A stretch of 45,988 nucleotides of DNA from contig JANWXL010000271.1 of the NCBI GenBank assembly GCA_025055265.1, positions 1 to 45,988 of the forward strand, written 5' to 3'. The position numbers and the translations under genes are program-made. Positions within the stretch are counted from its first letter, which is position 1, and each line of letters begins with the position of its first letter. Source of the DNA: Roseiflexus sp. (GTDB lineage: Bacteria > Chloroflexota > Chloroflexia > Chloroflexales > Roseiflexaceae). The notes beneath the pieces are model-generated. The model saw only the letters and a program-made list of their open reading frames with translations, ran no database searches and was not told where the DNA came from. Below are positions 1 through 7,496 of this stretch, in pieces.

Positions 1-766
1 GGGCGGTAACCAGGCTGCTGTCGATGCCGCCGGAGAGGAAGACGCCGACCGGTTGCCCGGCGGGCAGACGTGCAGCGACCGCCTGTTCGAGCAGATCGCG
101 CAAGCGCCGGGCGTATGCTTCCGCCGGAAGCGTGTCGTCCCGCTCATCCTCGCGCGGTTCCCAGAACACCTCTTCGTGGCAGGCGCCGCCTGCACACAGA
201 CGGAGACAGCGTCCCGGGAGCATTTCAGAGACGCCATCGATCAACGTTTCGCTTCCTGGAAGGTAGGCGAAGGTCAGGAAGGCGCGCACCGCGTTCAGGT
301 TGAGACGCGCATTCAAACGAGGCCAGGCGCGCAGCGCACGTAGCGACGCCGACGCCGCCCAGTGGTCGCCAGCGCGCGCATAGAAGAGCGTGCGCGTCCC
401 GACGTGATCGCGCACCAGCACCAGGTCGTCCCCATCGAGGATGGCGAGCGCGAACATGCCATCGGCAACGGCGAAGCCACGCGAGCCGCGCCGGGCATAC
501 AGGTGCAGCAGGATTGCGCCGTCGGCGCAATCGTCCGGCAGGGCGACGCCATCGCGCCTCAGCATGTCGAGAAGTTCGGTGCGATTGAACAGCGTGACGG
601 CGCCAACCGCAACCAGATGATCAGCAGAGAAGACATGCGTATGGCGCCCGTCAGGGATCGCGCCGAGCGCCGCGCGATGATTGGACGCGACCAGCATTGC
701 GCCCATTGCCGCGAGGTCGTGTTCTGCTCCATCGGCGGTCAGCGCCGCACACAACCAGCCGCTCAT
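1..766 (-). CDS. Asparagine synthetase-like protein (Ntn glutaminase-like domain plus ATP pyrophosphatase domain), truncated at the window edge
   Basis: Not in the ORF track. Translated by hand from ATG at 766, which overlaps the upstream stop as ATGA: MSGWLCAALTADG...GMFALAILDGDDLVLVRDHVGTRTLFYA...RLRDLLEQAVAARLPAGQPVGVFLSGGIDSSLVTA. SGGxDSS is the PP-loop; GMFA..D..L.RD..G...L.Y is the AsnB N-domain motif. Confidence 0.88.
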   Translation of the reverse strand, partial: MSGWLCAALTADGAEHDLAAMGAMLVASNHRAALGAIPDGRHTHVFSADHLVAVGAVTLFNRTELLDMLRRDGVALPDDCADGAILLHLYARRGSRGFAVADGMFALAILDGDDLVLVRDHVGTRTLFYARAGDHWAASASLRALRAWPRLNARLNLNAVRAFLTFAYLPGSETLIDGVSEMLPGRCLRLCAGGACHEEVFWEPREDERDDTLPAEAYARRLRDLLEQAVAARLPAGQPVGVFLSGGIDSSLVTA

Positions 767-1353
767 CCGAAGTCCCCCACATCGCCAGCGTCACCACTGT
801 CGAACGGCGAACTGTCATCACCCCAGTCGCCGTCGGACTCCGCCCCTGCTTCAGGCGGTTCGGAACTTTCCCAGTAGCTGTTACCGCTGCTGTCCCAGTC
901 CGAGCCGCCTCCCCACCCGCCGCTGTTGCCAATCTGTTGCTGTTGTTGCAGCGCTTTCTGGCGCAGCATCTCTTCCTCTTCAGGGCTCAGGTGCTCCGGC
1001 GGCAACACCAGCGAACCGAGCAGAAATCCCGCTCCCATGCTCGTCAAAATCGCGCCGACCCGTCCGCCAAAGGATGTTTGATTGACGGTCAATACCTGCC
1101 CACGATGCCAGAGGGTGCGGCCATACCCCTGCTCACGCGCATAGATGACCCGCCCGTGGTTGAACGTGCGTTTGATGACTACGTCGCCGAGCAGTTCATC
1201 AACCCCGGCAAACCCCTGGTTGTCGCGCCACTCGACCCGACCATCCGGCAGGCGACGACGCCACTCGTACCGTCCGTCGCTGAAGGTGCGGCGGACGCTG
1301 CCATCAGCGAGCAGTTCGTCCTGATATGTTATTACATTCGGGTTCAGTGTCAC
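763..1353 (-). CDS. Hypothetical protein with two internal beta-rich repeats, a Gly-rich hydrophobic segment and an acidic G/S/D/W-rich tail
   Basis: ORF 763..1404. Start reassigned to GTG at 1353, which has AGGAG upstream and avoids overlap with the upstream stop at 1368. Coupled to the downstream gene by ATGA. Confidence 0.75.
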   Translation of the reverse strand: MTLNPNVITYQDELLADGSVRRTFSDGRYEWRRRLPDGRVEWRDNQGFAGVDELLGDVVIKRTFNHGRVIYAREQGYGRTLWHRGQVLTVNQTSFGGRVGAILTSMGAGFLLGSLVLPPEHLSPEEEEMLRQKALQQQQQIGNSGGWGGGSDWDSSGNSYWESSEPPEAGAESDGDWGDDSSPFDSGDAGDVGDFG

Positions 1354-1367
1354 AGGCTTCTCTCCTG

Positions 1368-2324
1368 TTACTCGGGCCAGCTCATGTAACCGGTGGTGCG
1401 CCATCGGCGCAGACTGGAGAACCAGGATTCGTGACGTCGCGTTGGGCGGACGACACGATGAAGGGTGCGCAGCAGCGTCACCGGGCGCAGCGCGGCGACT
1501 TCGGCGCGATAACCGGCGCGCAGCCAGGCGCGCTCGATCAGACTCAGCGACGCAGGAAGATGTTCCGCAGGCTCAGAGCGGCGTATGGCGAACAGATGGC
1601 GACGCAGCGCGTGCATCGGAGTCAATCCCAACGCGCGCACCCGGAAGCCGCGCGGCAGATCAAGCAGCGTTGCAGCATCGGCGACAAAGCGCAATCCTTC
1701 CGGGCTGGCATCGTGCAGCAGCAGAATGCGCGGGGCAGCAGCGCGCATGAGCATAGCAATCAGCGCGTCTGGCAGCGGCGACGCTTCTTCCAGCGACAGG
1801 ATTGCACAAGACATTTCCATGTGCAGAAAGTTGGCGCGCAACATCCGGGCAATGGTCGCATCCTGACAGACGAGCACATATGCCAGACCGTAGTCGTAGA
1901 GGTCTGGCTCGCGATCATCGAGCGCCACAGAGGGTGGTACGTCGTCGGGAAGCAAACCCGCCGGATCACCCCGATGTGCGCGATACTCTGCAAGCGCATT
2001 GTCAAAGGCAGTTTCCGTCACTGGCGGCGTGAGCGTGAAGGGGAGCCGTCGCACCAGAAATGGAAAGGTCATCAGCAGCGATGCGCTCATTGCTCCGATC
2101 CAGAGCGGATGCGGACGGCGCAGCGCGAGGGTCAGCGATGATCCAGCAACGGCAGTCGCCTGGCTGGCGGCGGTGAAGACGCGCGATTGCGGCAGCAGGG
2201 TTCGGCAGACCTCATAGTAGAGCTGGCGGCGGGTGTAGCGCACCCCACCCATTCCTGCGTGCGCAATGCTGCACTCCAGCGCAGCGTCGAGATTGCTGTG
2301 GCGCATTCGCGTGCCGAATAACAT
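1368..2324 (-). CDS. Membrane-associated protein with a Spo11/Topo VI-A-like TxRxLYY motif and a degenerate TOPRIM-like domain (paralog A)
   Basis: 318 aa with AAGGAG RBS. Motifs YTRRQLYY, VLVCQDATIA, LLLHDASPEG, LGLTP and GYRAEVAAL; hydrophobic segment near aa 55-90. The ORF is solid; the fold call is inference. Confidence 0.7.
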   Translation of the reverse strand: MLFGTRMRHSNLDAALECSIAHAGMGGVRYTRRQLYYEVCRTLLPQSRVFTAASQATAVAGSSLTLALRRPHPLWIGAMSASLLMTFPFLVRRLPFTLTPPVTETAFDNALAEYRAHRGDPAGLLPDDVPPSVALDDREPDLYDYGLAYVLVCQDATIARMLRANFLHMEMSCAILSLEEASPLPDALIAMLMRAAAPRILLLHDASPEGLRFVADAATLLDLPRGFRVRALGLTPMHALRRHLFAIRRSEPAEHLPASLSLIERAWLRAGYRAEVAALRPVTLLRTLHRVVRPTRRHESWFSSLRRWRTTGYMSWPE

Positions 2325-2335
2325 TACGTCACTCC

Positions 2336-3508
2336 TTATCGCTGGGGCCAGGTCATGAACCCGATGGCGCGCGCCGCCGCCTGCGCTTCCGCTTCCGGGT
2401 CAACGGCCCGCGCAGGCGTGCGTCGTTCAACGGCGACCTGCACAGGCGCCAGCCGCTCCACCGCTCTGGTCACCACATTGACCAGTCGGGCTGGCGGGAT
2501 GAAGAGCGCTGAGGTAACAAAACCCTGGCGCAGCCATTCGAGTTCCTCGTTCTCCAGGGTCAGTCCGCCTGGCATCTGCACCCGGCGCTCGAGAAGATTG
2601 ATCAGTTCTTGCGGCGTCTGCTCGCGTTTCCAGGGCAAACGTTGCTGCTTCACGTGGCGCGGACGCAACCCCAGGTCGATCACGCGGTGGTTCGGCGACA
2701 GCCCCCATTTGCCTGGCAACAGCGCGGGCAACAGACACCCGGCAACGCTGGCGTCATGGATCAGGATCAGCGGCAGACGTGGACTCTGGCGCAGCAGCGC
2801 AATAATGCGTTCATCGGCTGCGGAGAACGGTCCATCAGTGGAGATCAGCGCCAGACCCAGGCGATCCGGCAGTCCATTTGCCCGCAGGCAGTCGAGCACA
2901 TCGGCGACTGGCGAGGCGAGCACGGCGCGCACCCGCGACGGCGGCAACTGAACCTGACGCAGCGCAGCACTCTCCTGATTGGTGACCCATCCAGGCAGCA
3001 GTCCATGAACGCTTACCCAGGGGACGACGTATGTCGTCTCAAAAGACTCTATCACCGGCAACAGACGGCGGTACGGATTAGATGACTTAACCGCCCGATA
3101 ATAGAAGCCAGCCGCTATCGATCCCACAAGAGCGCCAGTGGCGAGTGCAATAACAGCCGAAAATAGAGAGCGCTCCCTTAGAATGACAGACAGCATACAC
3201 GCGAGAGTAACCAAAAAAACGAGGCCAAATATGATTGTAGCGACCACTGCCGATGGTTCGGACCATGAAAATCCCGTCTTGAATATGGACGCCAGTTCGC
3301 GCCGGAATACGAAGTGCGCCAGTTGCGCTGGTGTGTAGCGGTACGTCCCCCGATGGCTCAAACGGTCAGCGAGGCCGCGCAGCCGCAAGTCGCTCATCTT
3401 CAGCGTGTTTTCACGCGGCTCCAGGGCAAATTGCTTCTGGCACTGCGAGCACTTTTTATCGCGGCGCTCGCGGTATTTCAGTTCGACAAGGCAATGCGGG
3501 CATTTCAT
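2336..3508 (-). CDS. Zn-ribbon plus 2 TM helices plus degenerate TOPRIM-like domain (paralog B)
   Basis: 390 aa. N-terminal CPHC...CSQC; two TM helices. LILIHDASVAG, LGLRP, ELEWLRQGF and C-terminal GFMTWP match paralog A (HDASPEG, LGLTP, ERAWLRAGY, GYMSWP). Confidence 0.7.
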   Translation of the reverse strand: MKCPHCLVELKYRERRDKKCSQCQKQFALEPRENTLKMSDLRLRGLADRLSHRGTYRYTPAQLAHFVFRRELASIFKTGFSWSEPSAVVATIIFGLVFLVTLACMLSVILRERSLFSAVIALATGALVGSIAAGFYYRAVKSSNPYRRLLPVIESFETTYVVPWVSVHGLLPGWVTNQESAALRQVQLPPSRVRAVLASPVADVLDCLRANGLPDRLGLALISTDGPFSAADERIIALLRQSPRLPLILIHDASVAGCLLPALLPGKWGLSPNHRVIDLGLRPRHVKQQRLPWKREQTPQELINLLERRVQMPGGLTLENEELEWLRQGFVTSALFIPPARLVNVVTRAVERLAPVQVAVERRTPARAVDPEAEAQAAARAIGFMTWPQR

Positions 3509-4195
3509 TCAGGCGCCTCCCTCCAGCACGCCTGCGAGTCGCCGCAGCAGCATCGCCAGGCGCTCGCGTAGCGACACCTCAACGTGGACTCGATCAACCG
3601 CCATTTCCTCTTCCAGCTTTCGCAGCGCCGTCACCAGCCGCGCCGCCGCTTCATCGCCGCTGCGCGCCCGTTCTTCCGCCATTGCCGCCGTGATTGCGTA
3701 GTCGTCGTGGTCAATGCCCATGCCGGTGTTGGCGATGACCAGCGGCAGCGGATCATCGGCGCGGTTGTTGAACGAGTGCGGCATCAGCGCCGGAATGTGG
3801 AGCATTGAGCCGGGGATCAATCGCACGTGAGCGACCGCTTCGCGCTCGTGATCGTACAAGCCGCATGACGCATACCCCATGCTCAGCACAAAGTGCTCCG
3901 CGCCGTGAGCATGCGGCGTGAAGGCGCTGTGCGGGCGCACAAACCCGAGTTTATAGGTGGCGTTTGCCGGGTTCTCATCCGAGGTTTTCGCGGAACCGAT
4001 CAGATACTGCGTGTACTGCCCGCTATCAATAAACTGCAGCATGCCGGCGCAATCCTCCGCGCGCCGGGTTGGATCCAGACGGCGAATGCAATTTCTGCTC
4101 ACAGCATAGACGATTCCATCTGGGCTGAAAACATACAGGGTTGCACCGCATGGAAGGGTGGTTCTGAGGCGCTCGAGGTATCTGGCAAAATGCAT
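3509..4195 (-). CDS. Cupin-domain protein (metal-binding)
   Basis: Cupin motif 1 FTPHAHGAEHFV and motif 2 PGSMLHIPALMPHSFNN. Its stop abuts the ATG of the next gene. Confidence 0.8.
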   Translation of the reverse strand: MHFARYLERLRTTLPCGATLYVFSPDGIVYAVSRNCIRRLDPTRRAEDCAGMLQFIDSGQYTQYLIGSAKTSDENPANATYKLGFVRPHSAFTPHAHGAEHFVLSMGYASCGLYDHEREAVAHVRLIPGSMLHIPALMPHSFNNRADDPLPLVIANTGMGIDHDDYAITAAMAEERARSGDEAAARLVTALRKLEEEMAVDRVHVEVSLRERLAMLLRRLAGVLEGGA

Positions 4196-4284
4196 AGGCG
4201 ACGACGCTGCGCAGTATTCGTCACCATAATGCTACCACGTCGCACTGTGTTTGTCATCAAGAGATTGTTAAGTGTTTGACGATC

Positions 4285-4325
4285 TTGACAAGGATCAGAA
4301 TTGTATTGTACAGTATTCCTGTACG
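4285..4325 (+). promoter_or_regulatory. Sigma70-type promoter and YefM-type operator of the TA operon
   Basis: TTGACA (4285-4290), 18-nt spacer, TACAGT (4309-4314). TGTACA (4307-4312) and TGTACG (4320-4325) match the TGTACA core known for yefM-yoeB operators. Confidence 0.65.
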
Positions 4326-4346
4326 ATACATGTTCAGGAGACGGGT

Positions 4347-4634
4347 ATGCCTGTTCAGACGACCTACACGCAGGCGCGCGCTCGACTGGCGGCGCTGCTC
4401 GATGAAGTGGTCAACAACCGAGACATTGTCATTATTCAGCGTCGTGGCGGCGAGGATGTCGCTTTGATTGCCGCCGACGAACTGCAGAGCCTGCTCGAAA
4501 CAGTGCATCTGCTCCGTTCGCCAGCGAATGCAGAGCGCTTGCTCGCGGCGCTTGCACGGGCGCGGCAGCGCAGCGGAACGCCGCAATCTGTCGATGACCT
4601 GCGCCGTGAGGTAGGGCTTGCCGAGAACGAGTAA
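4347..4634 (+). CDS. yefM: Type II antitoxin, Phd/YefM family
   Basis: AGGAG then ATG at 4347. TYTQARARLAALLDEV...IIQRRG...ETVHLLRSPANAERL is the YefM signature. Confidence 0.93.
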   Translation: MPVQTTYTQARARLAALLDEVVNNRDIVIIQRRGGEDVALIAADELQSLLETVHLLRSPANAERLLAALARARQRSGTPQSVDDLRREVGLAENE

Positions 4635-4920
4635 GGATCTCCCAACACAGCGAACCCAACGGAACGCTGTGTTTCAACCAGAGTTTCGTGATGATCTGCG
4701 CTACTGGGTTGAGAAGGACAGGCGAACCGCATTGCGCATCCTGACATTGATCGAAGCCGTTATACGCGATCCTCTCACTGGTATTGGCAAGCCGGAACCC
4801 CTCAAGTATCTGGGTGCGAATGTATGGTCACGGCGAATCACGCAAGAACATCGTCTTGTATATGTCGTCAGCGACGACCGAATCGATTTTCTTCAAGCGC
4901 GCTACCACTACACTGATTGA
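4618..4920 (+). CDS. yoeB: Type II toxin, Txe/YoeB family ribosome-dependent mRNase
   Basis: GIGKPEPLKY...WSRRITQEHRLVY...ARYHY. Overlaps the yefM 3' end; exact start uncertain. Confidence 0.93.
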   Translation: MPRTSKDLPTQRTQRNAVFQPEFRDDLRYWVEKDRRTALRILTLIEAVIRDPLTGIGKPEPLKYLGANVWSRRITQEHRLVYVVSDDRIDFLQARYHYTD

Positions 4921-4946
4921 CTCTTCTCTGTCGAACGTGCTATACT
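4917..4946 (+). promoter_or_regulatory. Promoter of the metG leader
   Basis: TTGACT (4917-4922), 18-nt spacer, TATACT (4941-4946) preceded by TGc (extended -10). Confidence 0.7.
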
Positions 4947-4985
4947 CCTGCCGTACCAATTCGTTATGAGAACTCACTGAAAACC

Positions 4986-5087
4986 ATGCAAACTCTGCGT
5001 GACATGCATACCGCCCGCCGCCCCGCTGCAATGTGCGTTTCAGGGATGCGTGCGGCGCCGCCTGCGGTCTGCGTGTCGCCAGGGTAA
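4986..5087 (+). CDS. Putative Met-rich leader peptide (33 aa) of a metG attenuator
   Basis: MQTLRDMHTARRPAAMCVSGMRAAPPAVCVSPG*, with 4 Met and 2 Cys. Lies between the promoter and a terminator and contains an antiterminator strand. No clear SD. Confidence 0.55.
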   Translation: MQTLRDMHTARRPAAMCVSGMRAAPPAVCVSPG

Positions 5088-5100
5088 GCCGATCTGTACG

Positions 5101-5144
5101 ACAAAACGCGGGCCGTGGGCAGCAAAAGCGCCCACGGCTTTTGT
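5101..5144 (+). terminator. Intrinsic terminator (attenuator) upstream of metG
   Basis: Stem GCCGTGGGC (5112-5120) / GCCCACGGC (5130-5138), followed by TTTTGT. Confidence 0.75.
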
Positions 5145-5212
5145 ATTGAGAGTTGCATAATCGTCAGATTTCGCCTATCCTTGCATAGAGCATAGAAAGT
5201 CCGAGGTTCTCT

Positions 5213-6991
5213 ATGCCCGACAACATTCTGGTCGCAGTCGCCTGGCCCTACGCCAACGGTCCGTTTCACGTCGGTCATATTGCGGGCGCTTATTTGCCCG
5301 CCGATGTCTTTGCGCGCTACCATCGCCTGCGCGGGAATCGCACGCTGATGGTCTCCGGTTCCGACTGTCACGGCACGCCAATCACGATTGCCGCCGAGCG
5401 CGAAGGCATCTCGCCGCAGGACGTCATCCGGCGCTACCATCCGACATTCCTCAAAACATTTCAGGCGCTCGGAATTTCGTTCGACCTGTTCACGCAGACC
5501 TATACCGATAATCATTACCGGGTGACGACCGATATGTTCCTGCGGTTGCTGGAAAACGGCTACCTCTACAAAGATACGATGGTTGGCTCGTATTCCGAGA
5601 CGCTGGGACGTTTCCTTCCGGATCGGTTCGTCGAGGGGACTTGCCCGCATTGCGGGTATCCGCGCGCGCGCGGTGATCAGTGCGACAGTTGCGGGCATCT
5701 CCACGATCCGCAGGACTTGATTGCGCCGCGTTCGGTGCTCGATGGCGCGCCGGTCACCTTCCGCGAGACCGAGCATTTCTTCCTTGACCTGGCGAAACTC
5801 GAACCGAAGTTGCGCGCCTGGCTCGAGAGCGTTGATCGGAGTTACTGGCGCGCGAATACGCTGCTCTTCACGCAGAACTGGCTGCGCGAGGGGCTGCGCG
5901 GGCGCGCCATCACCCGCGACCTGGAATGGGGCGTGCCAGTGCCGGTCGATGATCCGGCATTCAAAGATAAGCGCATCTATGTCTGGTTCGATGCGGTGAT
6001 CGGCTATTACTCGGCGTCGATTGAGTGGGCGGAGCGCACCGGGGCGCCAGACGCCTGGAAGGATTGGTGGGTGTGCCTGCCCGATGGCACGGCGCCAGCG
6101 CGGTCGTACTATTTCATCGGCAAAGACAACATTCCCTTCCATACAATCATCTGGCCCGCAATGCTGATTGGCTACGGCAACCTGGCGCTGCCGTATGACG
6201 TGCCCGCCAATGAGTTCCTCAACCTCGAAGGCGACAAGATGAGCACAAGTCGCAACTGGGCGCTGTGGGCGCCGGAGATTGAGGATCGGTATCAACCGGA
6301 TGCCATTCGCTACTACCTGATTGCCAACGGACCGGAGACGCGCGACAGCAACTGGAGCTGGGCGGATTTCGTCCAGCGGGTCAACAGCGAACTGGTGGCG
6401 ACGTGGGGCAATCTGGCGAACCGGGTGCTCAGCATCACCCACCGCAATTTTGGCGTCGTTCCGCAACCGGGCGCATTGACCGACGCTGATCGGCAACTCA
6501 TTGCTGCGACCCAGCAAACGTTCGAGAGTGTGACGGCGCTGCTCGATGGAGTGAAACTGCGTGCAGCGTTGAACGAGGCGATGGCGCTGGCGCAGGCGGC
6601 GAACCAGTATCTCAGCGAACAGGAGCCGTGGAAACTCGTCAAGAGCGACCAAGATCGCGCTGCGACCGTCCTGTTTGTGGCTTTGCGCACGGTCGATACG
6701 CTCAAGGTGCTGTTCTGCCCGTTTTTGCCATTCAGCAGCCAGCGGTTGCACGAACTGCTCGGCTACACCGGAACCATCGCGCCCCAGCCGTATGTTGAAG
6801 AAGCCACAGCGCCGGATGGAACGCCGCGCCTCGTTCTGACTGGCGACTACAGCGCCAGCGCTGGCGCCTGGGGAATCAGCGTGCTTGCGCCAGGGCAACC
6901 GATCCAGCCGCCGACGCCGCTGTTCCAGAAGCTGGATGAAGCGGTCATCACCGAGGAGCTTGCGCGCCTGCACGCAAAGGTGCGTTCGTGA
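5213..6991 (+). CDS. metG: Methionyl-tRNA synthetase
   Basis: PYANG..HVGH (HIGH motif), CPHC...CDSC Zn knuckle, YVWFDA, GKDN, KMSTS (KMSKS motif). Confidence 0.97.
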   Translation: MPDNILVAVAWPYANGPFHVGHIAGAYLPADVFARYHRLRGNRTLMVSGSDCHGTPITIAAEREGISPQDVIRRYHPTFLKTFQALGISFDLFTQTYTDNHYRVTTDMFLRLLENGYLYKDTMVGSYSETLGRFLPDRFVEGTCPHCGYPRARGDQCDSCGHLHDPQDLIAPRSVLDGAPVTFRETEHFFLDLAKLEPKLRAWLESVDRSYWRANTLLFTQNWLREGLRGRAITRDLEWGVPVPVDDPAFKDKRIYVWFDAVIGYYSASIEWAERTGAPDAWKDWWVCLPDGTAPARSYYFIGKDNIPFHTIIWPAMLIGYGNLALPYDVPANEFLNLEGDKMSTSRNWALWAPEIEDRYQPDAIRYYLIANGPETRDSNWSWADFVQRVNSELVATWGNLANRVLSITHRNFGVVPQPGALTDADRQLIAATQQTFESVTALLDGVKLRAALNEAMALAQAANQYLSEQEPWKLVKSDQDRAATVLFVALRTVDTLKVLFCPFLPFSSQRLHELLGYTGTIAPQPYVEEATAPDGTPRLVLTGDYSASAGAWGISVLAPGQPIQPPTPLFQKLDEAVITEELARLHAKVRS

Positions 6992-7098
6992 AAGGAGGAA
7001 GCTCAAAATCGGGGAGCAATGCGAAGATGCAGTTGTGAGGAGGAGATCGAGCGTCATGGATTGGGATCATACAGTTGTATCGGAGGAGAACAGCAGGT

Positions 7099-7440
7099 AT
7101 GAATGAATGGACACTTCGTCTGATCGTCGCGCTCATCTTCGCAGGCATTCTGGCATATCAGGCGCGTGCTACGGTTGATCGGCCAATGACGCGCCGCGCG
7201 TACACCCTGGGAGCAACTGCGTTTCTCGCGTTTGCGGCGCTCAATCTGGCGCTGGCGACCGGCGCTGAGTTCGGCATTATCCAGATCGTGTTAGGCTTCC
7301 TTGCCGTGGGGCTTCTGCTCTACGCCGTGGCATCACTCCTTATGGGCGCGCGCGCTGGCGAAATGCGTCGCGGACAGGAGTCGGCGGCGAAAATGATCGA
7401 AGAGTTCAAAAAGCGGAGAGAACGGCAGGAGGAAGGTTGA
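7099..7440 (+). CDS. Small membrane protein (about 3 TM), unknown function
   Basis: GGAGG RBS, ATG at 7099; three hydrophobic stretches and a charged tail. Confidence 0.75.
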   Translation: MNEWTLRLIVALIFAGILAYQARATVDRPMTRRAYTLGATAFLAFAALNLALATGAEFGIIQIVLGFLAVGLLLYAVASLLMGARAGEMRRGQESAAKMIEEFKKRRERQEEG

Positions 7441-7496
7441 ACGTAGCAGGTGAGAAGGTGAAAGGTTAGGGATTGCAGGCGGATTATCGCAGAGGA

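Noticed and set aside
1-1353. Lasso peptide cluster
   Set aside because: No B1/RRE, B2 transglutaminase-like protease or short precursor is visible in the window. Not fully excluded, because the operon continues off the left edge.
1368-3508. Bona fide topoisomerase VI or Wadjet system
   Set aside because: No Top6B or SMC-like JetABC genes are present, the acidic TOPRIM residues are altered, and TM segments are present.
4950-5212. T-box or SAM riboswitch upstream of metG
   Set aside because: I found no TGGNACC T-box bulge and no SAM-I core (ATC.AGAG...GCAACC...GTGC); the leader-peptide model fits better. An Rfam scan was not run.
4964-7057. 697-aa antisense ORF, and similar long shadow ORFs such as 14935-16566, 21393-22565 and 28967-29998
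   Set aside because: They lie opposite well-supported genes, have no recognisable motifs, and are expected in high-GC DNA.
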